Source: a candidate division WOR-3 bacterium
GTDB lineage: Bacteria > Hydrothermota > Tepidihabitantia > Tepidihabitantales > Tepidihabitantaceae
Assembly: GCA_965649225.1 (NCBI GenBank)
Contig: CBFGJX010000006.1
Coordinates: 32,001 to 96,000 of the forward strand
Direction of reading: 5' to 3'
DNA: 64,000 nucleotides
The notes beneath the pieces were generated by a model. It worked only from the letters and a program-made list of their open reading frames with translations. It made no database searches and had not been told where the DNA came from. The translations under genes and the position numbers were made by a program. This document shows positions 30,873 to 39,694 of this stretch, one piece after another; the first letter of the stretch is position 1; each line of letters starts with the position of its first letter.

Positions 30873-31452
30873 ACCTGCTCTTGCGCCATCGAAGCTGCTT
30901 GCCTCACAACAGAACGACGCAGACTCGTGCACGCTTCAGTTGTCGTTATATGCACTTACGCCGAAGCGTGCGTGCGCTCCCCCCAACTTGGATGAGGGCA
31001 CTGTTGACAGGGCAAATGGGGACGCCAACCGTTTCGTACGTTCAAGTTCAGTCGATAGCCGACCAATCGACCACGGGTTGGCTTGGTTCGGCCCGGACGG
31101 ACCTGACAAGGAGCAGAGTCGGCCGCAGCGTACCAAGCTGCTCAGTCTAGTCGCGGGCAGATTTGGACTGTAACCCACATGCTAAAAGCCGACCGTCGCG
31201 CGAAGCCGCCTTATCTGCCGCATCTGCTTGACTTGCCGGATTGCGGGCTTTTCCGACTCCCCCGTTCCCCCCACGGCTTCGCGTGGCACTATCAGCCGGG
31301 CTTTTCGGTCGACAACTCGAAATCCCGTGACCTTGTTCGACTCAATACGCGGTGCGACAGAGGTCGCGAGTCCGACCGCCGGCCCGGCTGTTCCGACTCA
31401 TTCCCGCGCTCGGATGGTTTGCGATGACACGACGCCTTGTCGCTCTCGCAGC

Positions 31453-31481
31453 TTGACCCTCTCGCCCGGCCCGACGATAAT
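31453..31481 (+). promoter_or_regulatory. Promoter of flavodoxin gene (predicted leaderless)
   Basis: TTGACC-N17-GATAAT, 6 nt before ATG. Confidence 0.6.
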
Positions 31482-31487
31482 CAGCCA

Positions 31488-31991
31488 ATGAACCTGCCAG
31501 TACTTGTCACCTATGCCACCCGCGGCGGCTCGACTACCGGAATCGCCGAACGGATTGCCGCCGAGCTCAAGGCACGCGGCATCGCCACCGAGGTCAAGCC
31601 GGTGAAGGAAGCCGGCGACCCGACGGGGTACCGCGCCGTTGTGCTTGGCTCGCCGGTGCGCGCCGGCCGGCTGATGCCCGAGGCGCTGAAGTTTGTCCAG
31701 CGCCATCAGGTTGCGCTTGCCCAGCGCCCGTTTGCCGCGTTTGTAGTCTGCCTGGCGATGTCCGACCCGACCGAGGCCAACTGCAAAACCGCCCTCGCAT
31801 ATCTCGACCCGGTCCGCAGCCTCGTCAAGCCCGCGGCCGAGGCCGCTTTCGCCGGCGCCTATGACCCGGCCCGGGCCGGTTTCCTCGAACGGCAGATAAT
31901 GAAGATGGTCAAGGCCCGGCCCGGCGACTTCCGCAACTGGGCGGAAATCGACGCCTGGGCCGCGAAACTGGCCGACCGGCTGGGAATCTGA
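31488..31991 (+). CDS. Flavodoxin domain protein (HemG-like)
   Basis: YATRGGST..IAE FMN loop, VVLGSPV, FAG, GDFRNW.EI..W. Confidence 0.87.
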   Translation: MNLPVLVTYATRGGSTTGIAERIAAELKARGIATEVKPVKEAGDPTGYRAVVLGSPVRAGRLMPEALKFVQRHQVALAQRPFAAFVVCLAMSDPTEANCKTALAYLDPVRSLVKPAAEAAFAGAYDPARAGFLERQIMKMVKARPGDFRNWAEIDAWAAKLADRLGI

Positions 31992-32006
31992 CCGGACCGA
32001 ACCGGC

Positions 32007-32822
32007 CTAAAGCACGCCGGCCGGAATCTCGGCCAGATTGAAAACCGGGCCGTCTTTGCAGATGAGCTTGGCCCCGATGTTGCACCGGCCGCACTGGCCG
32101 ATGCCGCACTGCATCTTGGCCTCGAGCGTGGTATAGACCTGCTCGTCGGCGAAGCCCAGCTCTTTCAGTACCGCCGCGGTGAACTTGATCATCACCGGCG
32201 GGCCGCAGACCACCGCGATGCGGTTGTCCGGTTTGAGCTTGAGGTCGCGCACGACATTGGGCAGCAGCCCGACGCAGCCGTCCCACCCGACGCACTCGGT
32301 GTCGATTGACCGGGTGAGCTTGATGCCCGGGTCCTTGCTCCACTGTGCGAGGTCGGCGCCGAAGAGCATGTCGCCGGGCGTGCGCGCGCCGAAGACTATC
32401 TCGATGCCGGCGTAGTCGCCGCGGTGCTCAAGCAGCCAGTCGACAACCGGCCGCAAGGGGGCCAGCCCGATACCGCCGCCGATGATGACCACGTCCCTGC
32501 CCTTCCAGCTCTCGACCGGAAACGGCTTGCCGTAAGGCCCGCGCACTCCGACCTTCTCGCCCGCGGTCGCGCGGTGCAGGGCTTTGGTCAGATGTCCCAT
32601 CCGTTTGACCGAAACCTGGAAGGTCCTGCCCCCCGGCCCGAGCCGGCTGACCGCAAAGGTCGACTCACCGTGTCCCTGCAGCGAAACCTCGACAAACTGA
32701 CCGGGCAGGCAGGCAAGCGCGGTACCGTCGTCAAACTCCAGCTCGAAGCTCTTGACGTCAACCGATTCTTCGATGACCCGCTTGATTGTCGCGGGTCGCG
32801 GCACCAGTTCGATGCGGCTCAT
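32007..32822 (-). CDS. FAD/NAD(P)-binding [2Fe-2S] subunit (FlxA / AsrB / sulfhydrogenase gamma-like)
   Basis: PGQF, RGPYG, GGGIGLAPLR, CGPPVM, MQCGIGQCGRC..CKDGPVF; start moved to ATG 32822. Confidence 0.88.
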   Translation of the reverse strand: MSRIELVPRPATIKRVIEESVDVKSFELEFDDGTALACLPGQFVEVSLQGHGESTFAVSRLGPGGRTFQVSVKRMGHLTKALHRATAGEKVGVRGPYGKPFPVESWKGRDVVIIGGGIGLAPLRPVVDWLLEHRGDYAGIEIVFGARTPGDMLFGADLAQWSKDPGIKLTRSIDTECVGWDGCVGLLPNVVRDLKLKPDNRIAVVCGPPVMIKFTAAVLKELGFADEQVYTTLEAKMQCGIGQCGRCNIGAKLICKDGPVFNLAEIPAGVL

Positions 32823-33844
32823 TTCTTCACCTCCGCGCGGGCCGCGCGTTCCTTCGCCCGCCGGGCGAGCTTCGCCGCCTGCTGGGGGAAGCTGCGCTTG
32901 ATCGGACAGATGATGGCGCAGCGGCCGCAGCCAGTGCACGACATCGCGCCGTAGCGGTGCACCGTGTAGCAGAACTTGTCCAGGGTCCGGTTGCGCAGGC
33001 GGCTGGCATTGGTCCGGCGCGGGTTGTGGCCGCTGGTCTCGCGCGAGTAGGACAAAAACTGGCACGAATCCCAGCAGGTCACGCGCTCGCCCTTGCCGCC
33101 GTGCTTCTCGTCGGCCACCAGAAAGCAGGTACAGCTCGGACAGGCCAGCGTGCAGGCGCCGCAGGTCAGGCAGATGTCGGCCTGCTCGGTCCAGAACTCG
33201 TCGCCGTACAGCGCCAGCAGTTCGTCCGCAGTCGGCACCGGGAACTTGCCCTTTGGCCAGTCGCGCTTTGCCGGCTGCTTGTCCGTCGATGCAAGCAGCT
33301 TCGAACCAAGAAGCTTGGCCCCGCGCTCGCTTGTTGCGCGCATCAGCCAGCCACCTTCGGTTTCGACCATCACCGCGTCCATGCCGGCTTCGGAGTCGGG
33401 CGCAAGCCCGCGGTCGGTGCAGTGACAGGTCGGTTTCATTTCTGAGCAGGCCAGCCCGATTATCAGCGTGCGGTCACGCTCGGCCGCATAGAGCCGGTCC
33501 GGATAAACCCCGCCCAGAAATACCCGGTCGTAATGCAAGAGCGCCGCCACGTCGCACGGGTGCATCCCGACGATGACGCGTGGTGCAGTCGGCGCTTCGA
33601 CCGGTTCGAGATTCCACGTGCTGGTCGAATCGAACCGGGCAATCGGCCGCCGGCGCGGGAAAAACAGCTCCTTGGCCGAGGTGTCGATGATGCTTGAAGG
33701 CAGCCGCACATCGGTCCCGATCTGGTAAGCGCCCCAGCTCCACTTCGCGCCCTTTTTCTGCGGCACGACCACCTCGGCTGTTGCCGCAAGCTCGTCGAGG
33801 AACCGGCCGAGGTCTGCGGTCTTCAGAAGCTTCCAGCCGCTCAC
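32819..33844 (-). CDS. 4Fe-4S dicluster protein (FlxB / AsrA-like)
   Basis: G.HPCD, CLTCGACTLACPSCTC, WDSC, CTGCGRCAIICP. Confidence 0.85.
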   Translation of the reverse strand: MSGWKLLKTADLGRFLDELAATAEVVVPQKKGAKWSWGAYQIGTDVRLPSSIIDTSAKELFFPRRRPIARFDSTSTWNLEPVEAPTAPRVIVGMHPCDVAALLHYDRVFLGGVYPDRLYAAERDRTLIIGLACSEMKPTCHCTDRGLAPDSEAGMDAVMVETEGGWLMRATSERGAKLLGSKLLASTDKQPAKRDWPKGKFPVPTADELLALYGDEFWTEQADICLTCGACTLACPSCTCFLVADEKHGGKGERVTCWDSCQFLSYSRETSGHNPRRTNASRLRNRTLDKFCYTVHRYGAMSCTGCGRCAIICPIKRSFPQQAAKLARRAKERAARAEVKK

Positions 33845-34701
33845 AGCGCCTCCCCCATCACCTCATCGGAATCGTCCTTGGCCAGCGTCACCAGCGGCGG
33901 CTTCTCGCCCCGCACGGTACCCGGTCGCGCGCCGAACTCGTCGCGGATAAGCTTCTCGATTGCGGCGTTGAGCAGCCGGATGGGAATGCCTTCGGGACAG
34001 GCCCGCTGGCACTCGCCGCAGTCGGCGCAGCGTCCGGCCAGATGCCATGCTCGCACCAGATGCCACATCGTGTTGGCCGAGAGCTTGCGCGACGGTTCAA
34101 TCCAGCGCGGCTCGGTCGAGTCGGCGATGCAGGTTTCACAGTAGCACATCGGGCAGACCTGCCGGCAGGCGTAACACCGCTGGCACTTCTCGAACTGCTC
34201 GGCAAAAAACTGCCAGCGCTCCTCGGGCGTCATCTTCTCGATGCGCTCCAGCGCCTTGAACTCGGCATCGCGCGCGGCCTTCGGCGTGCCGATGACGTGA
34301 TCGGCGCCCGGCGCAACACTGGTCGGGCAGTCATCACACTTCTGGGCCCGCGCGCCGTTGACCGTAACGCCCTCGCACGCCGGCGCCAGCACCACCAGCT
34401 TCGACCGGTCCACCTTCTTCTCGACCTCAAGCGTCGAAAGCGCCCGGCCGTCGCAGCCCTTGAGCACGACCGCGACCCGGGCATGACGTTCCAGTATCGG
34501 CCCGAGGAAATTGGCGAGATTGTGAACACAGCGCTCGTCGAACACCAGCTCGTCGAGGTTGTCGCCTTTGCGGAACAACGCCGGCCGCACCGCCTCGACC
34601 GACGGCTCGTAGCGCCAGCCCAGCACGGCATCAACCGTTCCGTTCGCCAGCAATTCCTTTGCCTGCTGTCTCAGCCCTGCCTGCAATTCGTCATTCGTCA
34701 C
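33841..34701 (-). CDS. 4Fe-4S dicluster protein (FlxC-like)
   Basis: KGCD.R, CQRCYACRQVCPMCYC..C, HLAGRCADCGECQRACP. Confidence 0.85.
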   Translation of the reverse strand: MTNDELQAGLRQQAKELLANGTVDAVLGWRYEPSVEAVRPALFRKGDNLDELVFDERCVHNLANFLGPILERHARVAVVLKGCDGRALSTLEVEKKVDRSKLVVLAPACEGVTVNGARAQKCDDCPTSVAPGADHVIGTPKAARDAEFKALERIEKMTPEERWQFFAEQFEKCQRCYACRQVCPMCYCETCIADSTEPRWIEPSRKLSANTMWHLVRAWHLAGRCADCGECQRACPEGIPIRLLNAAIEKLIRDEFGARPGTVRGEKPPLVTLAKDDSDEVMGEAL

Positions 34702-35177
34702 GATGCCACTCCAGTCCGGGCGAGGGTCTTGGGTCTGCCCGCCAGTGCCTTCAGCCGTTTGGTGAACTCGGTGCAGACCCGGGCGAACCGCTTGCCCTCG
34801 GCCGCCGAAACCCAGGTGAAGTGCATCCGGTCGGGATGCACCCCGACTGTTTCAAGCAGGCGCCGGGTCACGGCAAGTTTGCGCCGGGCGTAGTAGTTAC
34901 CGGTGCCGTAATGGCAGTCACCCGGGTGGCAGCCCGAAACCATCACGCCGTCGTAGCCCTCGACAAAAGCCTTGAAAATCATCGTCGGGTCAACCCGGCC
35001 CGAACACGGCACCTGCACGATTCTTACATTGGCCGGATACTGGAAACGGCTGGTCCCGGCCAGGTCGGCCCCGGCGTAGGAACACCAGCGGCACAGTATC
35101 GCCAGCACCTTTGGCTCTTCGGCCATCTTCGGCACGGCCTGGCTTTCCGCCGCTTGAGTTTCAGGGTTCGCGCTCAC
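34698..35177 (-). CDS. mvhD: Hydrogenase iron-sulfur subunit, MvhD/FlxD-like
   Basis: CRWCSYAGADLAG, PCSGRVDP, GCHPGDCHY, WVSAAEG. Confidence 0.92.
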   Translation of the reverse strand: MSANPETQAAESQAVPKMAEEPKVLAILCRWCSYAGADLAGTSRFQYPANVRIVQVPCSGRVDPTMIFKAFVEGYDGVMVSGCHPGDCHYGTGNYYARRKLAVTRRLLETVGVHPDRMHFTWVSAAEGKRFARVCTEFTKRLKALAGRPKTLARTGVAS

Positions 35178-37126
35178 GCTGTTATCTCCTCAAAAACTTC
35201 GGCATCCGAGAACTGGGCCAGTGTCACCGCTTTGTTGCGGCAGGTCGCCACGCACGCACCACAGCCCTGGCACTTGCCCGCAACCACGCCGGCCACGGTT
35301 CGCGCCCCGGCCTTGCGCTCCTCAATCGCCGAGTAATAGCACACCGCCGCGCAGTTCAGGCAGCCGGTACAGGCATTGACATCAACCGCGGCGACCTGCG
35401 GCGCCTTGCGCAGCTTGTCTTTGGAAAACAGGCCGAGCACCTTGGCCGCGGCCGCGCTGCCCGACTGAACGCTGGCCGGAATGTCCTTGGGGCCCTGGCA
35501 CGCGCCGGCAAGGAAGATGCCGGCACTGGCCGTCTCGACCGGTTTGAGCTTGGGATGGGACTCGGAGTAGAATCCGTCCGCGTCATAGGCGATGCCGAGA
35601 ATCTGGGCCAGGTTCGGTGCTTCGTCCTGCGGCTCGACCGCACAGGCTAAAACAACCATGTCGGCGTCAATCTGCACCGGCCGGCCCACGAGCGAGTCCT
35701 CGGTGAACACCCGGTACTTGCCGTTTTTCAACGGCGCGATGCGACCGACCCGGCCGCGGATGTAGCGCACGTCGTCCTCCTCGACCGCGCGCTGGACAAA
35801 TTGCTCGTAGTCCTTGCCCGGCGAGCGGATGTCGATGTAGGACACATAGGCCATGCCGTCCGGTACGTGGTGCTTGTAGAGCATCGCGTGCTTGGCGGTG
35901 TACATGCAGCAGATCCCCGAGCAGTAGGCGTGGCCCTTCGACGGGTCGCGCGAACCGACACACTGAGCGAAAACGACCGTCTTCGGCACCGCGCCATCCG
36001 ACGGCCGCACCAGCCGGCCGCCGGTCGGCCCGGTCGAGCTGACCAGCCGTTCGAACTGCAACCCCGTTATGACATCGGGCAGCGTCCCGCCGCCGTACTC
36101 GGTGTACACTGCCGGATTCATCTCGCGGTAGCCGGTCGCGACAACCACCGCCCCGACCTCGACCGTCTCCTCCGAGCCCTTGTCCTCGAAATTCACCGCA
36201 CCGGTCGGGCAAATCTTGGCACAGGCGCCGCACTTGCCCTTGGTCAGCTTGATGCAATGCTCGGCGTTGATAACCGGCACTGCCGGCACCGCCTGCGGAA
36301 ACGGCGTCGCGATTGCCGGCCGCGTGCCGAGCCCGGCGTTGAACTCGTCCGGGGCAGTCTTCGCCGGACACTTCGACTGGCACAGACCGCAGGCAATACA
36401 CTTTTTGGCATCGACATAGGTCGCGCGCCGGCTGATCGTCGCCAGGAAATTGCCGACGTAGCCGTCGAGTTTCGTCACCGTCGAGTTGACCCGGATTTCG
36501 ATATTGGGATGCTGGGCCGCCTCGACCATCTTCGGGGTGAGAATGCACTGCGAGCAGTCCAGCGTCGGGAAGGTCTCGTCGAGCATCGCCATCTTGCCCC
36601 CGAGCGACGGGCTTTTCTCGACCAGAATGACCTTCCGGCCGCCGTCGGCGATGTCCAGCGCCGCCTGTATCCCGGCGATGCCGCCGCCGACCACGAGTGC
36701 GGTCCGCGTCAGCTCGACGTCGATGTCGGCCAGCGGATCGGCCTGCGCCACCCGCCTGACCTGGCGCGTCACGAGGTCAATCGCCTTGGCCGTGGCCGCT
36801 GCGCGGTCCTCGGTCACCCACGAACACTGTTCGCGGATGTTGGCCATCGAGACGAGGTAAGGGTTCAGGCCTTCCTGCATCACCGCCTTCTGGAAAGTCG
36901 GCAGGTGCATCTTGGGCGAGCAGGCCGCGACCACGACCCGGTTCAGGCCGTGCTCGCGGATGGCCTCGCGCACGAGGTTCTGCCCGGGCGAAGAGCACAT
37001 GAACTTGTAGTCCTGCGCGAACGCGACCTCGGGCAGCTTTGCCACCTCCTCGGCGACCTTTGCCACATCGACCGTAGCCGCGATGTTCACGCCGCAATGG
37101 CAGATGAAGACCCCGACCTTAGCCAA
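35174..37126 (-). CDS. hdrA: Heterodisulfide reductase subunit A (flavin bifurcating)
   Basis: GVFICHCG.NI, ACSP..H, NIREQCSW, GGGIAG, FPTLDCSQC, QCVGSRD, CSGICC, GACQGPKDI; GGAGG RBS before TTG 37126. Confidence 0.95.
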   Translation of the reverse strand: MAKVGVFICHCGVNIAATVDVAKVAEEVAKLPEVAFAQDYKFMCSSPGQNLVREAIREHGLNRVVVAACSPKMHLPTFQKAVMQEGLNPYLVSMANIREQCSWVTEDRAAATAKAIDLVTRQVRRVAQADPLADIDVELTRTALVVGGGIAGIQAALDIADGGRKVILVEKSPSLGGKMAMLDETFPTLDCSQCILTPKMVEAAQHPNIEIRVNSTVTKLDGYVGNFLATISRRATYVDAKKCIACGLCQSKCPAKTAPDEFNAGLGTRPAIATPFPQAVPAVPVINAEHCIKLTKGKCGACAKICPTGAVNFEDKGSEETVEVGAVVVATGYREMNPAVYTEYGGGTLPDVITGLQFERLVSSTGPTGGRLVRPSDGAVPKTVVFAQCVGSRDPSKGHAYCSGICCMYTAKHAMLYKHHVPDGMAYVSYIDIRSPGKDYEQFVQRAVEEDDVRYIRGRVGRIAPLKNGKYRVFTEDSLVGRPVQIDADMVVLACAVEPQDEAPNLAQILGIAYDADGFYSESHPKLKPVETASAGIFLAGACQGPKDIPASVQSGSAAAAKVLGLFSKDKLRKAPQVAAVDVNACTGCLNCAAVCYYSAIEERKAGARTVAGVVAGKCQGCGACVATCRNKAVTLAQFSDAEVFEEITA

Positions 37127-38105
37127 CCGCCACCTCCGCGCCCGCCTTGCAGGCATCAGGCTGCGCGCATCGGCTCTGGTCGATCGGCGGCAGCTTGGCG
37201 AGAAACTGCTTGAAGCCGATCGCATGCGCCTCCAGCGCCAGCGTGTTCAGCTCGGCTCCGAGCGCCAGCGCGACAAGCTGATTGACGTGCAGCACCGGCA
37301 CGTGGTAACTGGCGACACCGCGCAGGTTGAGTTTGTGCTGCATCCGGTCGAGCTGGGCCAGACAGTAAGGACACTGGACCACAATCGCATCCGGGTTGGC
37401 TTCGTTCAGACTGTCGAACTTCAGCTTGGAGTGCGGCAGGGAAAGTTCTTCCTTATGCAGGATGACCTGGGTCAGGCCGGTACCGCAGCAGGCCCGCGCC
37501 TCGCCGTAGCTCGTCACCTCGCCGCCGCAGGCCTGGATTATCTCCTCCAGCACGGTCGGCATGAACGCATCGTCGATGGCGGTGTTCTTGAATCCGTTGA
37601 GATAATGACAGCCGTAGTGGGTGGCAAACTTCAGCCCGGCAAGCGGCCGCGTGACCCGCTCGCGGATGCGGTCCTTGAGCTTGTAGAACACCTCAATCGC
37701 GTGGTAGATTTCCTGTGAGCCCTTGTACTCCCGGCCGATCATCGAAAGTATCGTGTTGACGACGCCTTTCACCGGCGGCCGCTCGTTCATGAAGTGGGCG
37801 AACTCGGTCAGGAACGTGTAGCAGCCGTTGCACATCGTGATGGTGTCGAGATTCAGCTCCTCGGCGATGGCGAGGTTGCGCGCCACAGCCGGCATCGTGC
37901 TGGTCGGCTGGGCGACATTGGTAAAAGTCAGAAACCCGCCACAGCAGGTTTGTTCGTCCGAGGTTACCGGTTCGATTCCCAGTCGCGGCAAGGCCTGCAG
38001 GATTCCGGAGATGACGCCCGGGTACTTGTTGTTGCCGACACAGGGTTGAAATACAAACATCCGGTCGGAAATCCGGATTCGGTCAAGCTGTGATTTTCTG
38101 ACCAT
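37119..38105 (-). CDS. hdrB: Heterodisulfide reductase subunit B
   Basis: Two CCG domains: C..CCGG..CNGC and HYGCH..CCGTG..CPYC. Confidence 0.88.
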   Translation of the reverse strand: MVRKSQLDRIRISDRMFVFQPCVGNNKYPGVISGILQALPRLGIEPVTSDEQTCCGGFLTFTNVAQPTSTMPAVARNLAIAEELNLDTITMCNGCYTFLTEFAHFMNERPPVKGVVNTILSMIGREYKGSQEIYHAIEVFYKLKDRIRERVTRPLAGLKFATHYGCHYLNGFKNTAIDDAFMPTVLEEIIQACGGEVTSYGEARACCGTGLTQVILHKEELSLPHSKLKFDSLNEANPDAIVVQCPYCLAQLDRMQHKLNLRGVASYHVPVLHVNQLVALALGAELNTLALEAHAIGFKQFLAKLPPIDQSRCAQPDACKAGAEVAVG

Positions 38106-38117
38106 GCCTACTCCTGT

Positions 38118-38840
38118 TCAGCCGGCGGCCTCAGCACCGGCCTTGGTGCTTTCATCTTCATTTTCCTCAGCGAGGCCGCAGAATTTCTGATTCGGTCCAC
38201 GCTTGATTTTCACCAGGTCGGCCGGACTGCCGTAGTTCCACTTCTTCTCGACCGGCTTCATCTTCGGAATCTGCTCAAAGAGATCGGTCATGCCGGTGGC
38301 ATCAGCGATGAAGCGGATTTCCGCCAGTGCCTTCTGACTGATGACGCGCTTCTCGGGCAGACCGGCCCGCCGGCGGATTGCCGTGATGCTGCCGTCAGTC
38401 CCGGAGTGAGCCGCAATCGCCCGGCGGATGGCGAGGTTGCGCTCGATGTGGCTGACCGACAGCCCGGTCCGGTAATAGTCCTGCGCATAAGGGTCCTTGA
38501 TCTTCTTGACCTCTTCCCAGCCGTAACCCTTGGCCAGGGCGGCATAGCGCAGCATCGCCACCGCAAACGGGAAGTTGATGTCCTGCGGGCAGACCGCATA
38601 GCAGCCCGAGCAGAAAAAGCAGAGCCAGAGCTCCTGCGACGAAATCACCTTCTCAACGTTGCCCATCCGCAGGTCGCGGATAATCTGGCGCGGGTTGTAG
38701 GACGACAGCTTCGCCGCCGGGCACTGGGCCGTGCACTTGCCGCACTGAATGCACTTTTCGAGGTCCTTGACCATCCCGTGCGTCAGCTCGGCAAACTTCT
38801 TGTCGAACCCGGCCAGCCAGTCCTTGATTGTCTCAGCCAT
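38118..38840 (-). CDS. hdrC: Heterodisulfide reductase subunit C
   Basis: CIQCGKCTAQCP and WLCFFCSGCYAVCP; upstream of hdrB. Confidence 0.87.
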   Translation of the reverse strand: MAETIKDWLAGFDKKFAELTHGMVKDLEKCIQCGKCTAQCPAAKLSSYNPRQIIRDLRMGNVEKVISSQELWLCFFCSGCYAVCPQDINFPFAVAMLRYAALAKGYGWEEVKKIKDPYAQDYYRTGLSVSHIERNLAIRRAIAAHSGTDGSITAIRRRAGLPEKRVISQKALAEIRFIADATGMTDLFEQIPKMKPVEKKWNYGSPADLVKIKRGPNQKFCGLAEENEDESTKAGAEAAG

Positions 38841-38863
38841 CAGATAGCCTTTCCCGACTGCCG

Positions 38864-39280
38864 CTAGAGCATCCGCGGCATCGCCTTCATCATTCCGGGT
38901 ATGATGCGCGGATGGCGCAGGGTCATCGCCATCATCATCCCCATCACCTTGCCCATTATGTAGAGATTCATCTTCAGGCCGAAGGCCTTCATCATCGGCA
39001 CCATCCGCTCGAATACCCTGCCGCCAAGCGCGGGTTCCCGGTCCACTGCCTTGACCACCGCCGGCATCATCTCGACGAGCAGGTCGTCGTTCACCTCGAT
39101 GTTCATCTGCTTCATCATCGGCAGCATCTTGTCCAGCACTGGTGCGACCATCTCCGGCTCACGGGCAAGATAAAGCAGCAGCCCCGGCATCATCGCCATC
39201 ATCTTGTCCTTGGTCAGTGACAGGTCGAACATCTTCGAAAAAGTGTCAACCGTCTGCTCTGCGACCTGCCGGCCACTCAT
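38864..39280 (-). CDS. Hypothetical methionine-rich repeat protein
   Basis: 138 aa with 27 Met by hand count; ATGA overlap with arsR stop; internal repeats. Confidence 0.75.
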   Translation of the reverse strand: MSGRQVAEQTVDTFSKMFDLSLTKDKMMAMMPGLLLYLAREPEMVAPVLDKMLPMMKQMNIEVNDDLLVEMMPAVVKAVDREPALGGRVFERMVPMMKAFGLKMNLYIMGKVMGMMMAMTLRHPRIIPGMMKAMPRML

Positions 39281-39594
39281 ACCGCCACCGCCTCAGGCAA
39301 AAGCGTTTCCACCAGATGTTTCAATATCTTCACCGCCAGTTCATCCTTGACCGAATAGAAAACACTGGCACCGCGCCGCTCCTGCTCGAGAATCCCGGTC
39401 ATCAACAGATACTTCAACTGTCCGGAAACAGTTGACTGCTTTTGCCCGGTCGCGGCGACGATCTCAGTCACGTTCTTCGGCCCATCCTTCAAAAGACAAA
39501 CTATCCTCAACCTCAAAGGGTGCGAAAAGTGAGCCAGGTATTCGGCGAGCCGACGACAGTCCTTCTCTTCAAGATGGAATGTTGCGTCAATCAC
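39277..39594 (-). CDS. ArsR/SmtB family transcriptional regulator
   Basis: SHPLRLRIVCLL, V.EI, QSTVSGQL..L, RRG..VFY wing. Confidence 0.9.
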   Translation of the reverse strand: MIDATFHLEEKDCRRLAEYLAHFSHPLRLRIVCLLKDGPKNVTEIVAATGQKQSTVSGQLKYLLMTGILEQERRGASVFYSVKDELAVKILKHLVETLLPEAVAV

Positions 39595-39600
39595 AGTTAC

Positions 39601-39628
39601 ATCATATCCCGATATTCGGTTTTGTCAA
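39601..39628 (-). promoter_or_regulatory. Promoter of arsR-hdr-flx operon (predicted leaderless) with candidate operator
   Basis: TTGACA-N16-TATGAT, 6 nt before GTG; palindrome ATATC-CC-GATAT at 39604-39615. Confidence 0.65.
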
Positions 39629-39694
39629 TAATCTTCTGTGGGGTTTTGACGTGCCGGCGGGGCGGGGTAAGATCCTTCTGCGAAGCGCGTTCCG

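Noticed and set aside
34698..37126. Selenocysteine recoding in HdrA or MvhD
   Set aside because: Both frames are open, with Cys at the conserved positions
38828..39220. His-rich plus-strand ORF
   Set aside because: CAT codons are the reverse complement of the ATG codons of the Met-rich gene, which fits the operon
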